Source: an uncultured Candidatus Saccharibacteria bacterium (GTDB taxonomy: Bacteria > Patescibacteriota > Minisyncoccia > Phycocordibacterales > JAKAEA01). From it: 64,000 bases of DNA. Shown one piece after another: positions 37,027 through 47,734 of this stretch. The notes under the pieces were generated by a model, which searched no databases, was not told the DNA's origin, and saw only the letters and a program-made list of their open reading frames with translations. The stretch lies in contig CAZNZK010000002.1 in NCBI GenBank assembly GCA_964577595.1, forward strand, positions 150,163 to 214,162, written 5' to 3'. The translations under genes and the position numbers were made by a program. The first letter of the stretch is position 1. Each line of letters starts with the position of its first letter.

Positions 37027-38394
37027 ATGTCAACTCAAAAAAGTACGTTGTACGTGCGAGGCATGCATTGCCGTTCGTGCGAATTGTTGTTGGAAAAAAG
37101 TTTATCGGGCGTTAGGGGAGTAAAGCGGGCGCGGGTTAGTTTCAAGAAGGGCACGGCGGAAATTGTGGCAGAAAGTGCCAATCAGCCTGATTCGGCTGAG
37201 CTTTCAAAGGCGGTGAGTGCCGCGGGTTATTCGCTTGGAAAAGAAAATCCCAAATTATTCTTTTCCCGGAATTCTAAAGATTACCTGGAGCTTATCGCCG
37301 TGACCCTGCTTGTGCTTTTGGCGTATCTCATTCTCAAAGGCCTGGGCGTCTTTAGCTTAAACTTTGGCCTGGCGGGCGCGCCGAGCTTTACCACGGTTTT
37401 GCTTGTTGGATTAACTGCCGGCATTTCCAGCTGTATGGCTCTGGTTGGGGGCTTGGTGCTGGGCATTTCTGCCCGCCACGCAGAGCTTCACCCTCAAGCG
37501 AGCGCTTCAGAAAAATTTCGGCCACACCTGTTCTTTAACATGGGCCGGCTGGTTTCCTACGCGTTGCTCGGTGGCATTATCGGCCTGCTCGGCTCCACGT
37601 TACGAATTTCATCGCCGGTGCTGGGTATTATCACTATCGCGCTCGGCGTGGTTATGCTCTTTCTCGGCTTGAAGCTTATAGAAATTTTTCCGCGTTTAAG
37701 CAATAAAACCGTTGCTTTGCCGAAAAGCATTGGCCGCTTGCTCGGCTTGGGTGGTGAACAAAAAGAATATAGCCATCGCGGCACGTTTCTCACGGGTGCA
37801 CTCACGTTCTTTGTGCCGTGCGGCTTTACACAAGCGATGCAGCTTTATGCAGTGAGCACGGGCAGTTTTGTCTCGGGTGCCGTCATCATGTTTCTCTTCG
37901 CGCTCGGTACCTTGCCAGGCATTATTAGCATCGGCGGCCTCACTTCGCTTATTAAAGGATCTTTTGCCCGCTGGTTCTTCAAATTTGCCGGTGTAGTGGT
38001 AATTAGCTTGGCATTATTCAACATCGCCAACGGTTCTAGCTTAGCCGGCTTCAGTTTGCCGTCTCTTGTTTCCTCATCTTCTGGTGGTTTCTCGGCTTAT
38101 AATGGCGCCGCAGCTGTTATGGAAAATGGTAAACAGGTAGTGATGATGGAGCAGTCGGCTACTGGATATTTTCCCCCACAATTCACGGTGAAAAAAGGCA
38201 CACCGGTGCTTTGGAAAATTACTAGCACCAGCCAATACACCTGCGCCGCATTCATTGTTTTGCGGCAAATGGGTATTGCGCAACCACTTAAGCTTGGCGA
38301 AAATATAATTGAATTTACGCCAACTCAAACGGGCCAAATGCGCTTCACTTGCTCCATGGGCATGTATTCGGGAACCTTCAATGTTATTGATTAA
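37027..38394 (+). CDS. HMA + DsbD_2/TauE-like membrane domain + cupredoxin fusion protein
   Basis: GMHCRSC, SSCMALVGG, PCGFTQAMQ, FTCSMGMY. Confidence 0.88.
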   Translation: MSTQKSTLYVRGMHCRSCELLLEKSLSGVRGVKRARVSFKKGTAEIVAESANQPDSAELSKAVSAAGYSLGKENPKLFFSRNSKDYLELIAVTLLVLLAYLILKGLGVFSLNFGLAGAPSFTTVLLVGLTAGISSCMALVGGLVLGISARHAELHPQASASEKFRPHLFFNMGRLVSYALLGGIIGLLGSTLRISSPVLGIITIALGVVMLFLGLKLIEIFPRLSNKTVALPKSIGRLLGLGGEQKEYSHRGTFLTGALTFFVPCGFTQAMQLYAVSTGSFVSGAVIMFLFALGTLPGIISIGGLTSLIKGSFARWFFKFAGVVVISLALFNIANGSSLAGFSLPSLVSSSSGGFSAYNGAAAVMENGKQVVMMEQSATGYFPPQFTVKKGTPVLWKITSTSQYTCAAFIVLRQMGIAQPLKLGENIIEFTPTQTGQMRFTCSMGMYSGTFNVID

Positions 38395-38403
38395 TTAGCT
38401 TCT

Positions 38404-40638
38404 ATGAACACACAAAATATCAAAAAAACATTTTCGGTGCGGGGCATGCATTGTGCCTCGTGTGTACGGGTGATTGAACAGGCGCTCGGGAGCACACCGG
38501 GCGTGGCTAGTGCGGTGGTCAATTTGGCCACGAATAAAGCTACGGTGAGCTACGATCCGGCCGCAGTTACCAATAAGCACCTGCGCTCGGCCGTGGCGAA
38601 TGTCGGCTACACGGCTATGGTAGATGAAGAAATGCAGTCAGAAGATATGGAAAAAATGCGCAAGCATCACGAGCTCAAAAATCTCAAAACAAAAGTTATT
38701 TTCAGCCTCGTGCTCGGCGCGCTTATTCTCTGGGGCAGTTTTCCAGGGCTTAGCGCTATAGCGCCGGCCATTCTGCGCAATTTTTGGGTACAGTTTTTGC
38801 TAGCCACGCCGGTGCAACTTTGGATTGGCCTTGTTTTCTACAAGGCCGCCTGGCCGGCAGCACGTCATTTGCGGGCCAACATGGACACGTTGGTGGCACT
38901 TGGCACCACTGTAGCCTATTTGTATTCAGCTTTCGTGACCATTTTCCCGGCAATTGTGGAAAGGGCCGGCTTGGAAGCGATGCCTTATTTTGATGTGGCC
39001 ACGCTCGTTATCGGCTTAATTCTTCTTGGTCGTTATTTTGAAGCGAAAGCAAAAGCTGGCACCGGTGAGGCAATCAAAAAACTCATCGGCTTGCAGGCTA
39101 AAACGGCGCGAGTGGTGCGCGATGGCAGGGAAGTGGATGTTCCTATCGGTGAAGTAGAAATCGGCGACACCGTGCGTGTGCGGCCTGGCGAAAAAATTCC
39201 AGTGGATGGCGTGATTGTGAGTGGTGAATCTTCAGTTGATGAATCAATGGTCACCGGCGAAAGTATGCCGGTTGATAAAGCCGAGGGCGGCACGGTTGTG
39301 GGCGCCACCATGAATAAAAGCGGCACATTTACATTTAGGGCAACTAAAGTGGGAGCCAACACTATGCTTGCGCATATTATTCAGCTCGTGGAAAATGCCC
39401 AGGGCAGCAAGGCGCCTATTCAGCGTGTGGCCGATACGGTTTCCGCGTATTTTGTGCCGATAGTTATTGTGCTGGCCTTGGCGACGTTTGGCGTGTGGTA
39501 TGCATTCGGCCCGGCTCCGGCGCTCTTACACGCGCTTCTGAATATGATCGCCGTTCTCATTATTGCTTGCCCGTGTGCTATGGGCTTAGCCACACCAACG
39601 GCAATTATGGTTGGCACCGGCAAAGGCGCCGAGCACGGCATTCTTATTAAAGACGCCGAGAGTTTGGAGCTAGCGCATAAAATTACCACGGTGGTTTTTG
39701 ACAAAACCGGCACGCTCACCACGGGTAAGCCAGAAGTGACGGACGTTGTCGCTTGGAACGGTTTTGACCAAAATCAAGCGCTTGCTATGGCCGCATCGCT
39801 GGAAAAAGACTCCGAACATTCACTAGCTGAAAGTATCGTGGCTGAAGCGGAAAAGAAAGGCGTTACGCTGGTGTCCGCAAGCAAATTCAAAGCTATTGCC
39901 GGGCACGGCGTGGAGGGCGTTATTGCCGATCAACGCTACATTTTTGGCAACCGCAAGCTTATGGAACGAGAGGGGGTGGAAATTGGCCCGCACCAGCAAG
40001 AAGTTGAGCGACACGAGTATGAAGGCAAAACTGTTATGCTTCTGGCCGCAGGTAAAAAGCTCCTCGCTCTTATTGCCGTGGCCGACACTGTCAAAGAAAC
40101 TGCGGCAGAAGGCGTGCGCCAGCTCACCGCGCTTGGCGTAGAAGTAATAATGCTCACCGGCGACAACAAGAGGACGGCATCAGCTATCGCCGCCAAGCTC
40201 GGCATTAAAAACATCGTGGCCGACGTTTTGCCCGATCAAAAAGAAAGCGTTATTCGCGAACTTTTGGCGCGCGGCGAGCACGTGGCGATGGTGGGGGATG
40301 GCATCAACGATGCTCCGGCTTTGGCTGCCGCAACCGTTGGTATTGCCATGGGCAGTGGCACCGATGTGGCTATTGAAGCCGCCGACATCACTTTGATCAA
40401 CAAAGACATTCGTTCCGTAGCTATGGCCATTCGGCTCTCTAAGAAAACCATGCGCACCATCAAGCAAAATCTCTTTTGGGCCTTTGGCTACAACGTTATT
40501 CTCATCCCTGTGGCTATGGGTGCACTCTATCCGTCCTTTCACATTCTCCTCAATCCTATCTTCGCCTCTATAGCGATGGCCGGAAGCTCTATTTCCGTAG
40601 TCTCTAATTCGCTTCTCCTGAAGCAGGCGAAACTCTAA
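38404..40638 (+). CDS. copA: Cu+-translocating P1B-type ATPase
   Basis: [33 protein letters not shown] and MxxSS. Confidence 0.95.
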   Translation: MNTQNIKKTFSVRGMHCASCVRVIEQALGSTPGVASAVVNLATNKATVSYDPAAVTNKHLRSAVANVGYTAMVDEEMQSEDMEKMRKHHELKNLKTKVIFSLVLGALILWGSFPGLSAIAPAILRNFWVQFLLATPVQLWIGLVFYKAAWPAARHLRANMDTLVALGTTVAYLYSAFVTIFPAIVERAGLEAMPYFDVATLVIGLILLGRYFEAKAKAGTGEAIKKLIGLQAKTARVVRDGREVDVPIGEVEIGDTVRVRPGEKIPVDGVIVSGESSVDESMVTGESMPVDKAEGGTVVGATMNKSGTFTFRATKVGANTMLAHIIQLVENAQGSKAPIQRVADTVSAYFVPIVIVLALATFGVWYAFGPAPALLHALLNMIAVLIIACPCAMGLATPTAIMVGTGKGAEHGILIKDAESLELAHKITTVVFDKTGTLTTGKPEVTDVVAWNGFDQNQALAMAASLEKDSEHSLAESIVAEAEKKGVTLVSASKFKAIAGHGVEGVIADQRYIFGNRKLMEREGVEIGPHQQEVERHEYEGKTVMLLAAGKKLLALIAVADTVKETAAEGVRQLTALGVEVIMLTGDNKRTASAIAAKLGIKNIVADVLPDQKESVIRELLARGEHVAMVGDGINDAPALAAATVGIAMGSGTDVAIEAADITLINKDIRSVAMAIRLSKKTMRTIKQNLFWAFGYNVILIPVAMGALYPSFHILLNPIFASIAMAGSSISVVSNSLLLKQAKL

Positions 40639-40690
40639 AATGGCGAAAAATTGACCAGAAAAACGAATAGTAGCAATTTCCACGGCTCTG

Positions 40691-40719
40691 TTGACACTCT
40701 GCGAAGCTTTTGATAGTAT
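40691..40719 (+). promoter_or_regulatory. Internal promoter for rpsN-secY
   Basis: TTGACA-17bp-TAGTAT with TG extension. Confidence 0.8.
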
Positions 40720-40731
40720 TCCTCAACCTGT

Positions 40732-40917
40732 ATGGCAAAGACATCTACGGTCGCTCGGTCGAAAAAGACCCCCAAATTCTCCAGCCGGATTGTCCGTCGC
40801 TGTTTTCGCTGTGGTCGCAAGCGCGGCTATATGCGCGAATTTGACATGTGCCGTATTTGTTTCCGTGAATTGGCCAATGACGGCATGATTCCTGGCATTA
40901 AGAAGTCTTCCTGGTAA
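40732..40917 (+). CDS. rpsN: 30S ribosomal protein S14, zinc-binding type Z
   Basis: 61 aa, RCFRCGR, CRICFRE, KSSW. Confidence 0.97.
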   Translation: MAKTSTVARSKKTPKFSSRIVRRCFRCGRKRGYMREFDMCRICFRELANDGMIPGIKKSSW

Positions 40918-40921
40918 GCCT

Positions 40922-41311
40922 ATGACCGATCCTATCGCCGATTTCCTTACCCATATCCGTAACGCCAGCGCTGTTAATAAGCCAGAATTGGCCATTTCCT
41001 ACTCCAAAATGAAGGAGGAAATCGCTAACGTGCTCGTTAAGGAGGGTTATCTTAAAAGCGTTGCTAAGAAAGGCAAGAAAATCAATAAGACCCTGGAAGT
41101 TGCTTTGGCCTATGGCGAATTTGGTCCGAAAGTCACCGGCATTGAGCGTGTCTCCAAGCTTTCCAAGCGCGTCTACAAAGGTGCTCGGGATTTGAAGTCG
41201 GTGAAGCAGGGTCACGGCGTGGCGGTGATTACCACCTCAAAAGGCTTAATGACTGATGCCGAAGCCCGCAAGCAAAAGGTCGGCGGCGAAGTGCTTTTCA
41301 AAATCTGGTAA
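40922..41311 (+). CDS. rpsH: 30S ribosomal protein S8
   Basis: DPIADFLTHIRNA, TSKGLMT, GGEV. Confidence 0.97.
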   Translation: MTDPIADFLTHIRNASAVNKPELAISYSKMKEEIANVLVKEGYLKSVAKKGKKINKTLEVALAYGEFGPKVTGIERVSKLSKRVYKGARDLKSVKQGHGVAVITTSKGLMTDAEARKQKVGGEVLFKIW

Positions 41312-41328
41312 GAATTTTTTATACTCTC

Positions 41329-41862
41329 ATGTCACGAATCGGCAAAAAAATAATCACGCTCCCGGAAAAAGTTGAAGTCACTGCTTCAGCGGGGAAGGTG
41401 GTGGTCAAAGGTCCTAAGGCGACTCTTGAGCGTGCTGTCTCGCCGTCAGTTATGATCACGGTTGCTGGTAAGGAAGTGCGTGTGGCGCCAGTTTCTGGCC
41501 ACGAAGACGCCGACGTTGTTTCCGGTACAACTGTTTCGCATATTGAAAACATGATTGCTGGTGTCACCGAGCCCTACACCAAAAAGCTGCTCATTGAAGG
41601 AATCGGCTATAAAGCCGACGTTAAAGGTGTTGAAATGGTTATGAGTTTGGGCTTTTCTCACCAAATCCATGTGCCAATCCCGGCCACACTCAAAGTTACT
41701 TCCGATAAGGGTGCTATTACTATCGTTGGTAGCAACAAGGAAGAAGTCGGCCAATTTGCCGCTAACATTCGCGCTTTCAAGAAGCCGGAGCCTTATAAGG
41801 GCAAGGGTATTCGCTATGAAGGTGAAGTGGTTCGTCGCAAGGCCGGCAAAAAGACTGTCTAG
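41329..41862 (+). CDS. rplF: 50S ribosomal protein L6
   Basis: [17 protein letters not shown]. Confidence 0.97.
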   Translation: MSRIGKKIITLPEKVEVTASAGKVVVKGPKATLERAVSPSVMITVAGKEVRVAPVSGHEDADVVSGTTVSHIENMIAGVTEPYTKKLLIEGIGYKADVKGVEMVMSLGFSHQIHVPIPATLKVTSDKGAITIVGSNKEEVGQFAANIRAFKKPEPYKGKGIRYEGEVVRRKAGKKTV

Positions 41863-41873
41863 TATTAAAATAT

Positions 41874-42224
41874 ATGAAAGCTACCCAAATCAAAACAGCA
41901 AAACGCAATCGTCGCCACAATCGCATCCGCTCCAAAGTAAGTGGTACTGCCGCGTGCCCGCGTCTTTCCGTATATCGTTCCAATAAATTCGTCTACGCTC
42001 AGCTTATTGACGATGAGAAAGGTATGACGTTGGCCGCCACTTCCACCAAAGACAGTAAAGGTAAGGGGATGTTGGAAAAAGCAAAAGGCGCCGGCGTAGA
42101 AATCGCCAAGAAGGCCGTTGAGTTGAAAATCAAGCAGGCTGTTTTTGATCGCGGTGGCTTTATTTATACCGGTCGGGTACGCGCGCTTGCCGAAGGCGCT
42201 CGCGAAGGAGGTTTGCAATTTTAA
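41874..42224 (+). CDS. rplR: 50S ribosomal protein L18
   Basis: [20 protein letters not shown]. Confidence 0.97.
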   Translation: MKATQIKTAKRNRRHNRIRSKVSGTAACPRLSVYRSNKFVYAQLIDDEKGMTLAATSTKDSKGKGMLEKAKGAGVEIAKKAVELKIKQAVFDRGGFIYTGRVRALAEGAREGGLQF

Positions 42225-42232
42225 TAATTTTT

Positions 42233-42991
42233 ATGGCTCCTGAACAAAAACAAATCGCTAAAGAGAAGGAAATTCCTCAGCAGGAATTGGCTGCTGAAGG
42301 CATGAATGCTGTTACAGGTGCTGTTACAGGTGCTGTTCCCGCGGAAACCCCCGTTGCCGCTACTGCTGGTGCTCCAGCAGCTGCCGTCGCGCCTCGCCGC
42401 CGCAATCAAGACCGCGATCGCGCCCCGCAAGGTACTGGCCCGCGCCGCAATCCGCGCCGTAGCCGCAATGAAGGCAAGGCTCGTCCTGAGTTTGATCAAA
42501 AAATTATTGATATCCGCCGTGTCGCTCGCGTTGTGGCCGGCGGTCGCCGTTTCAATTTCTCAGTAAGTATCGTCATTGGTGACCGAAAGGGAAGCGTGGG
42601 TGTCGGCCTTGGAAAGGGCGGTGACACGGCTTTGGCTATTGAAAAGGCTCTCCGCAATGCCAAGAAAAACATGATTAAGATTCCGGTTACGAAAACCATG
42701 TCCATTCCGTACGAAATCAGCGCAAAATTCGGCGCTTCCAAAGTAAGCTTTATGCCGACCCCGGGCCGTGGCGTTGTTGCCGGCAGTTCCGTCAGAAGCG
42801 TCATTGAGCTCGCTGGCTTAAAGGATGTTGGTGCCAAGCTTCGTTCCAGCCCGAAGAATAGTTTGAATAACGCCCGCGTCGCCGTGCTCGCTTTAAGCCG
42901 TCTTACCCCGCATCGTCGCTCTCTCATGGCCCGCGCCAAAAACGAGCAGAAAGTTGCCGCTGAAAAAGCCGTTGCCGAAAAAGCCGCCTAA
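42233..42991 (+). CDS. rpsE: 30S ribosomal protein S5 with long N-terminal extension
   Basis: RVARVVAGGRRF, GVGLGK, ELAG. Confidence 0.96.
   Translation: MAPEQKQIAKEKEIPQQELAAEGMNAVTGAVTGAVPAETPVAATAGAPAAAVAPRRRNQDRDRAPQGTGPRRNPRRSRNEGKARPEFDQKIIDIRRVARVVAGGRRFNFSVSIVIGDRKGSVGVGLGKGGDTALAIEKALRNAKKNMIKIPVTKTMSIPYEISAKFGASKVSFMPTPGRGVVAGSSVRSVIELAGLKDVGAKLRSSPKNSLNNARVAVLALSRLTPHRRSLMARAKNEQKVAAEKAVAEKAA
42307..42337 (+). repeat. 12-bp tandem repeat (~2.6 copies) in the rpsE extension
   Basis: TGCTGTTACAGG x2 + TGCTGTT (AVTG repeat). Confidence 0.9.
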
Positions 42992-43001
42992 TTTCACTTT
43001 T

Positions 43002-43541
43002 ATGCAAATACATCAAATCGTCAGAATCCATAAGAATAAGAAAAGTGCTCCAGTAGGCCGCGGCGGTACTCGTGGTAAAACATCCGGCCGTGGTACTAAA
43101 GGCCAGAACGCCCGCGCCGGTCACAAGAATCGCCCGGAATTTCGCGATATAATCAAAAAGCTTCCCAAGCTTCGTGGTCGCGGCAAGAACAGCAACCTCA
43201 CCATCCAAACCAAGCCAGCAATCGTGAATGTTGCCCTTTTGGAACAACACTTTGAGAACGGCGCTCTCATTAATCGTGAAGCACTTTTGGCCAAAGGCCT
43301 CATCCGCACTCGTGGCGGCCAGTTGCCGGAAGTAAAAATCCTCGGCGATGGTGAGCTTAAGAAGAAGTTTACTTTTGCCGGCCTCCACTTTTCCAAGTCG
43401 GCCCGTGCAAAAGCCGGCCTCAAGGAAATCATCATTGAGGTAAAGCCGGTAGAAGTTAAAAAAGTCCCTGAAGTTAAGAAAGCTCCAGAAGCAAAAAAAG
43501 TAAAGAAAGAGGTAAAGCCCAAAACAGAAGTTAAAAAATAA
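43002..43541 (+). CDS. rplO: 50S ribosomal protein L15 with K/E-rich tail
   Basis: GRGGTRGKTSGRGTKGQNARAG, VKILGDG. Confidence 0.96.
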   Translation: MQIHQIVRIHKNKKSAPVGRGGTRGKTSGRGTKGQNARAGHKNRPEFRDIIKKLPKLRGRGKNSNLTIQTKPAIVNVALLEQHFENGALINREALLAKGLIRTRGGQLPEVKILGDGELKKKFTFAGLHFSKSARAKAGLKEIIIEVKPVEVKKVPEVKKAPEAKKVKKEVKPKTEVKK

Positions 43542-43545
43542 TTAA

Positions 43546-44817
43546 ATGTCTACATTTGGCGATAAACTCAGAGCAATCGTCGGTGACCGCAACTTGCGCA
43601 ATCGCATTTTAATTACCCTTGGCCTTTTGGCCGCTTTTCGCGTGCTGGCCGCCATTCCCGTGCCGGGCATCAATCAGGCCGCACTCACGCAGTTTTTCAG
43701 CAACAATCAATTCTTTGGCCTTTTGAACGTCTTTTCCGGCGGCGGTCTTTCACACTTTTCTATAGTTATGCTCGGTGTCGGTCCTTACATCACTGGCACC
43801 ATTATTATGCAGCTTTTAACTCTGCTCTCACCGCGTCTTAAGAGTATGTATCAGGAAGAAGGGGAGGCCGGCCGCATGAAATTCACCCAGTATTCCCGCA
43901 TGCTCACTGTGCCGTTGGCTATGGTTCAATCCTTCGGTTTTATCACGCTTCTTTCTCGCGAAAGCATCATCACTAACCTCACGCCGCTCCAGATGGCTAT
44001 CAACATTGCCATCGTGACCGGCGGTTCTCTTCTCCTTGTTTGGATTGGTGAACGCATCAGCGAATTCGGCATCGGCAACGGCACATCGCTCATTATTTTC
44101 GCCGGTATCGTCGCCAGCTTGCCGCAAGCTATCAGTCAGACGCTCATTTCTTTTGACCCATCGCAAATTCCGACATACGCGCTTATCCTCGTTGGTTCGC
44201 TTGTGGTTGTGTATGCCGTCGTCTTTATTACCGAAGCCGAGCGGCCTATTCCCGTAACCTATGCCAAGCGAGTGCGCGGCAATAAGGTATATGGTGGTGT
44301 TTCCACTTATATCCCGCTTCGTCTCAACCAGGCTGGCGTTATTCCCATCATCTTCGCTCTTTCCATTTTGCTCTTCCCTCAAATCGTCTTCAAATACTTG
44401 GCTACCATCCACTACGCCCTCGTCGCTAACGCTTCCAACTGGATTGTGAATGCTCTCCAGAATCAGTGGACCTACGACATTCTCTATTTCATTCTTGTGT
44501 TTGCTTTTACCTATTTCTACACAGCCGTCACTTTTGATCCCAACCAACTCTCGGAAAATCTCCAGAAGAACGGCGCTTTCATTCCTGGCGTACGCCCCGG
44601 TTCGTCCACAGCACTCTTCATCTCTAAAATCCTTACGCGCCTCACTGCGTTCGGCGCCCTTTTCCTCGGCATCATCGCCGTTCTCCCGCTTATTATCCGT
44701 TCCGTCACCAACCAAACCTCACTCGCTATTGGCGGTACTGCTCTCCTCATCGTTGTCTCCGTCATCATTGACCTCCTCAAAAAAGTAGAAGCTCAGGTGA
44801 CGATGAAGGAATACTAA
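43546..44817 (+). CDS. secY: Preprotein translocase SecY
   Basis: LGVGPYIT, GIGNGTSL, AGVIPIIFA, IPGVRPG, GGTALLI. Confidence 0.98.
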   Translation: MSTFGDKLRAIVGDRNLRNRILITLGLLAAFRVLAAIPVPGINQAALTQFFSNNQFFGLLNVFSGGGLSHFSIVMLGVGPYITGTIIMQLLTLLSPRLKSMYQEEGEAGRMKFTQYSRMLTVPLAMVQSFGFITLLSRESIITNLTPLQMAINIAIVTGGSLLLVWIGERISEFGIGNGTSLIIFAGIVASLPQAISQTLISFDPSQIPTYALILVGSLVVVYAVVFITEAERPIPVTYAKRVRGNKVYGGVSTYIPLRLNQAGVIPIIFALSILLFPQIVFKYLATIHYALVANASNWIVNALQNQWTYDILYFILVFAFTYFYTAVTFDPNQLSENLQKNGAFIPGVRPGSSTALFISKILTRLTAFGALFLGIIAVLPLIIRSVTNQTSLAIGGTALLIVVSVIIDLLKKVEAQVTMKEY

Positions 44818-44871
44818 ACCCCGCACCACTTTTGGTTCTCAAGTAGGTAGAATGTGATACAATTTTCACCT

Positions 44872-45471
44872 ATGACCCCGCAAACATTCGTTTTTTTCGG
44901 CCGATCGGGTAGTGGTAAGGGGACCCAGGTGGATTTACTCATAGAATTCTTGAAGAAGAACGACCCAGCGCGGCAGTCTATTAATATTCAAACGGGCCAA
45001 AAGGGGCGCGATTTTGCCAAGCAGGAAAATTACACCGGCAAGCTCGTTAAAGACATCATTGACCACGGCCAGCTTTTTCCGGCATTTATACCTATTTATT
45101 TCTGGACGCAGGTTTTTGTGGAAAGTATTACAACAGGCGATGAGCATATCTTTCTGGATGGCCTTTGCCGTCGGCCCGAAGAAGCGCCTATTTTAGACGG
45201 TGCCATGGAGTTCTATAAGCGTATAAATCCGGCGATTGTTGTCATTACTGTTTCGGAGAAATGGGCCATAGAGCGACTCACGGCTCGCAAGCGCGCCGAC
45301 GACATTCCTAAAGATATTGCCAACCGCCTGGCGTGGTATGACAAACAAGTAACGCCCGCCGTGAATTATTTTCGTAGCAAGGCCGGCTACCGAGTGTTGG
45401 ATATTAATGGCGAGCAAAGCATCGCCGACGTGCACGCCGAGCTCTTGCGCAAAGCGGGCCTCGCGGGGTAA
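44872..45471 (+). CDS. adk: Adenylate/nucleoside monophosphate kinase (short lid)
   Basis: GRSGSGKGTQ, LDGLCR, R.DD; follows secY. Confidence 0.88.
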   Translation: MTPQTFVFFGRSGSGKGTQVDLLIEFLKKNDPARQSINIQTGQKGRDFAKQENYTGKLVKDIIDHGQLFPAFIPIYFWTQVFVESITTGDEHIFLDGLCRRPEEAPILDGAMEFYKRINPAIVVITVSEKWAIERLTARKRADDIPKDIANRLAWYDKQVTPAVNYFRSKAGYRVLDINGEQSIADVHAELLRKAGLAG

Positions 45472-45480
45472 AGTGTTTTT

Positions 45481-46260
45481 ATGATTACGATTAAGACGGA
45501 AAAGGATATCGCTATTTTACGCGAAGGCGGAAAGCGCTTAGCGAGAATTTTGGCAGCGGTGGCCGAAGCCGCCAAGCCCGGCGTTTCCACGGCCGATTTA
45601 GACGCACTCGCTCACACGCTGATTGCCGAAGGCGGTGACGAGTCCGCCTTTCTTGGCTACCGGCCCAAAGGCGCCTCCCGTAAGTATCCGGCGTCGCTCT
45701 GCGTTTCAATAAATGACGAAGTGGTGCACGGCATTCCCAATGAAAATCCACGCACCCTCAAAAATGGCGACGTGGTTTCTCTTGACCTCGGCCTCATTCA
45801 TGAGGGACTCATCACCGACCATGCTGTTACGGTGGGGGTGGGGGAGGTTTCTGCGCCGGCCAAGCAGCTACTCTCGGTTACCAAAGACGCGCTCATGGTC
45901 GGCATTGCCGCCGCCGAGGCGGGCAAAACCACTGGTGACATTGGCTTCGCCATAGAGCGGTTTGTCCACAAAAGTGGCTCCTTTGGTATCGTGGAGGAGC
46001 TTACGGGCCATGGTGTGGGCTATGGCGTTCATGAGGACCCGTTTGTGCCTAATTACGGCCGGTCGGGCGAAGGTGCGCCCTTGCGGCCGGGCATGGTTAT
46101 TGCCATTGAGCCGATGCTCACTTTGGGCGGCAAAGAAATTTTTGTGGCGGATGACGGCTATACTATTCGCACCGACGACGGTTCCACTGCCGCCCATTTT
46201 GAGCACACCATTCTTATTACGCCCAAAGGTCCAGCGGAAATTTTAACCAGATTATTTTAA
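45481..46260 (+). CDS. map: Methionine aminopeptidase type I
   Basis: SINDEVVHGIP, GHGVG..HEDP, AIEPM, AHFEHT. Confidence 0.97.
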   Translation: MITIKTEKDIAILREGGKRLARILAAVAEAAKPGVSTADLDALAHTLIAEGGDESAFLGYRPKGASRKYPASLCVSINDEVVHGIPNENPRTLKNGDVVSLDLGLIHEGLITDHAVTVGVGEVSAPAKQLLSVTKDALMVGIAAAEAGKTTGDIGFAIERFVHKSGSFGIVEELTGHGVGYGVHEDPFVPNYGRSGEGAPLRPGMVIAIEPMLTLGGKEIFVADDGYTIRTDDGSTAAHFEHTILITPKGPAEILTRLF

Positions 46261-46268
46261 CAAAACCA

Positions 46269-46958
46269 ATGACACTTGAAGGCAAAATAATTGTTATCAC
46301 CGGTGCCGGCCGCGGCTTGGGGAAAGTGATGGCCGACGTGTTTCAAAAACGCGGCGCAAAAGTGGTTGCTTCTAGCCTCAATTCGCTGAAATTCCCCGCT
46401 GATGTGCGCAAGGAAAGCGACATGCAAAAATTAGCCGCCGATGCGGTCGCAAAATTTGGCCGCATAGATATTTGGATTAATAACGCCGGCGTGTGGCTGG
46501 CCAAAATGCCGGTGGAAGAATTAGATATGCAAAAGGTACGCGAGCTTTTTGAAGTAAATACTTTTGGGGCAATGAATGGTTGCCGCGTGGCATTGAGGGT
46601 GATGAAAAAACAGAAGGGCGAAAATGGGCAGGGAGGTGGCACTATTGTCAATATTGTTTCCACAGCCGCGCTCATTGGCCGGCCGTTTACTGCGGCTTAT
46701 TCCGCAAGTAAGCACGCTGAAAAGGGTTTCATTGATTCTTTACGTGAAGAATTGAAAGAAGAAAAAAGCGCCATTAGCATTATTGGCATTTATCCCGGCG
46801 GCATCAAAACCGAGCTTTTTGGCGCGGAAAAACCCGCCGATTTTGATACGTTTATGGAGCCCGAGTTTGTGGCTGAAGCCGTCGTGGTCAACTTGGAAAA
46901 AGAAAAACCCGACAACGAACTCATTCTCCGTCGCGCTGGGCAAAACCTTAAAATATAA
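46269..46958 (+). CDS. SDR family oxidoreductase
   Basis: TGAGRGLG, NNAG, YSASK. Confidence 0.93.
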   Translation: MTLEGKIIVITGAGRGLGKVMADVFQKRGAKVVASSLNSLKFPADVRKESDMQKLAADAVAKFGRIDIWINNAGVWLAKMPVEELDMQKVRELFEVNTFGAMNGCRVALRVMKKQKGENGQGGGTIVNIVSTAALIGRPFTAAYSASKHAEKGFIDSLREELKEEKSAISIIGIYPGGIKTELFGAEKPADFDTFMEPEFVAEAVVVNLEKEKPDNELILRRAGQNLKI

Positions 46959-46981
46959 AGGCAGTTCTGTATAATAGAAAG

Positions 46982-47656
46982 ATGTTTCAGAAAAATTCTA
47001 AGGTTCCTAATTTGCGTCGCGGCTTTACACTAATAGAATTATTGTTTGTTATTTTAATCATCGGTATTTTAGCCGCTATCATTCTGGCTAATTTCGGCCC
47101 GGCAAAAGAAAAAGCTCGCGACGAGCGCCGCGTTTCCGACATTGCCCAAATCCAAGTCGCCCTTGAGGGCTATTTTGAAAATGCCGCCAACGCTGTCCCC
47201 GACAATGGCGGGAGGAGTTATCCGCCGTATCCGTTAAGCGCAAACGGATCAATTAGCGGTTCAGTTCAGGATGATGGAACTGGTCATCCCCAGATACCTT
47301 GCCGGCCGTATTCGGGAGGAGTTCCTGAGGTGGGTGGTCTTAACTGTCTGGCTGTCTCAAGCGGTAACTCCAATACAACTTATTTGCCTAGTGTGCCGAC
47401 AGATCCGCAGTCAGGTTTATCATATGATTATTACAGCTGTGATCCCAACGGTCCTAATAAATCAATGTGTGTGAATTCTGATACGGGCGCGTACTATCAA
47501 CATTACTGTGTTGGCGCTCATCTAGAAAACTATTTGCCCACAGATTCAGCCGAGAGTGTGGCGATTACTAGCTGTAGTGGCGTCACTTGGTGCGATATAT
47601 TACAGAACCCAAGTCATTACAATAGTGGTCAGGATAACTATGTAGTTTGCCGGTAA
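46982..47656 (+). CDS. Type IV pilin (GspG/major pilin-like), 8 Cys
   Basis: RG|FTLIELLFVILIIGILA, ARDERRVSD, YLPSVPTDP. Confidence 0.88.
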   Translation: MFQKNSKVPNLRRGFTLIELLFVILIIGILAAIILANFGPAKEKARDERRVSDIAQIQVALEGYFENAANAVPDNGGRSYPPYPLSANGSISGSVQDDGTGHPQIPCRPYSGGVPEVGGLNCLAVSSGNSNTTYLPSVPTDPQSGLSYDYYSCDPNGPNKSMCVNSDTGAYYQHYCVGAHLENYLPTDSAESVAITSCSGVTWCDILQNPSHYNSGQDNYVVCR

Positions 47657-47662
47657 GTCCTC

Positions 47663-47691
47663 TTGACAATAGTATCCTAATCAGGTAATAT
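47663..47691 (+). promoter_or_regulatory. sigma70 promoter
   Basis: TTGACA-17bp-TAATAT. Confidence 0.75.
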
Positions 47692-47734
47692 TATTTCGGT
47701 TCTGTAATTCCAGCACTTTGAAAGGGGGTACTTT

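Noticed and set aside
22943-44715. Long antisense ORFs across ribosomal genes, tuf, fusA and secY (e.g. 33589-34335, 43828-44715)
   Set aside because: Shadow ORFs caused by codon bias of the highly expressed sense genes
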